DNA of 64,000 nt. Origin: a virus. Below the pieces are notes generated by a model, which saw only the letters and a program-made list of their open reading frames with translations, searched no databases and was not told the origin of the DNA. Every line of letters begins with the position of its first letter. The first letter of the stretch is position 1. Location: positions 57,059 to 121,058 of the IMG/VR virus record IMGVR_UViG_3300014050_000003; one strand, 5' to 3'. Of the stretch, positions 63,789 to 64,000 are shown piece after piece. The position numbers and the translations under genes were made by a program.

Positions 63789-63794
63789 TTACAC
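63789..63794 (-). promoter_or_regulatory. GTGTAA late-type motif
   Basis: Minus strand TAGTGTAATATCTTAT-ATG (8 nt to start). Confidence 0.55.
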
Positions 63795-63864
63795 TATATA
63801 ATATAGTTTATACATTATATCAATAATAAAATATTTAAGTTATTTACCTTGACCCATAGAGGAC

Positions 63865-64000
63865 CAACTTTTCCATTAATTTCTTAAAGGGTTGGACTAT
63901 ATCTTTAGCATTTAGCTATTGGGCGCTCTTGCTGGTTATTAAGAGAATCCATTTTCTCTCCAGTAGTCTCTACACCTTTTAAGGGATGGCCCTTAACTTG
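63865..64000 (-). ncRNA. Group I intron, 3' half (truncated by the window edge)
   Basis: Minus strand R element GTGTAGAGACTA (63975-63964) and S element AAGATATAGTCC (63905-63894) form P7. Also a P6 hairpin (TTAAGGG/CCCTTAA), extra helices after P7, P8 (TAGC/GCTA), P9 with a GAAA loop, and P9.0 (AAC/GTT) followed by G. Confidence 0.85.

Noticed and set aside
1-64000. Stop-codon reassignment
   Set aside because: Conserved genes are full length in the standard code, and TAA, TGA and TAG all end genes at sensible positions.

Overview
A 64-kb, strongly AT-rich piece of a large tailed dsDNA phage genome (standard genetic code, very dense coding, no sheath gene in the window). From left to right it holds: a 5'-truncated tail-fibre-like gene; hsp20; a ferritin/Dps-like gene; an ~14-kb glycosylation island (about ten glycosyltransferase-like genes plus GDP-mannose epimerase, gmd, an epimerase/reductase and an NDP-sugar C-methyltransferase); a replication/recombination module (RecA, DnaB, ThyX, primase, PD-(D/E)XK nucleases, a DNA polymerase III alpha split into separate PHP and catalytic genes around a DnaQ-like exonuclease, probable SSB and annealase, two more GTs); and a convergent minus-strand virion module (collagen, Gly-rich, Pro-Thr-rich and FG-GAP fibre proteins, tail-tip proteins, tape measure, tail tube, neck genes). 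The window ends in the 3' half of a group I intron. The best candidate for an undescribed system is an internal cassette in the tape measure protein: five G[FY][IV]PNF repeats separate discrete domains, including a PD-(D/E)XK-like and a ParB/Srx-like domain, which suggests enzyme cargo delivered with the genome. Other highlights are a likely virion-glycosylation system and three promoter classes (leaderless sigma70, a GTGTAA late-type motif, and a sigma54 promoter with enhancer-like boxes on hsp20). All family assignments come from motif recognition by eye; no searches were run.
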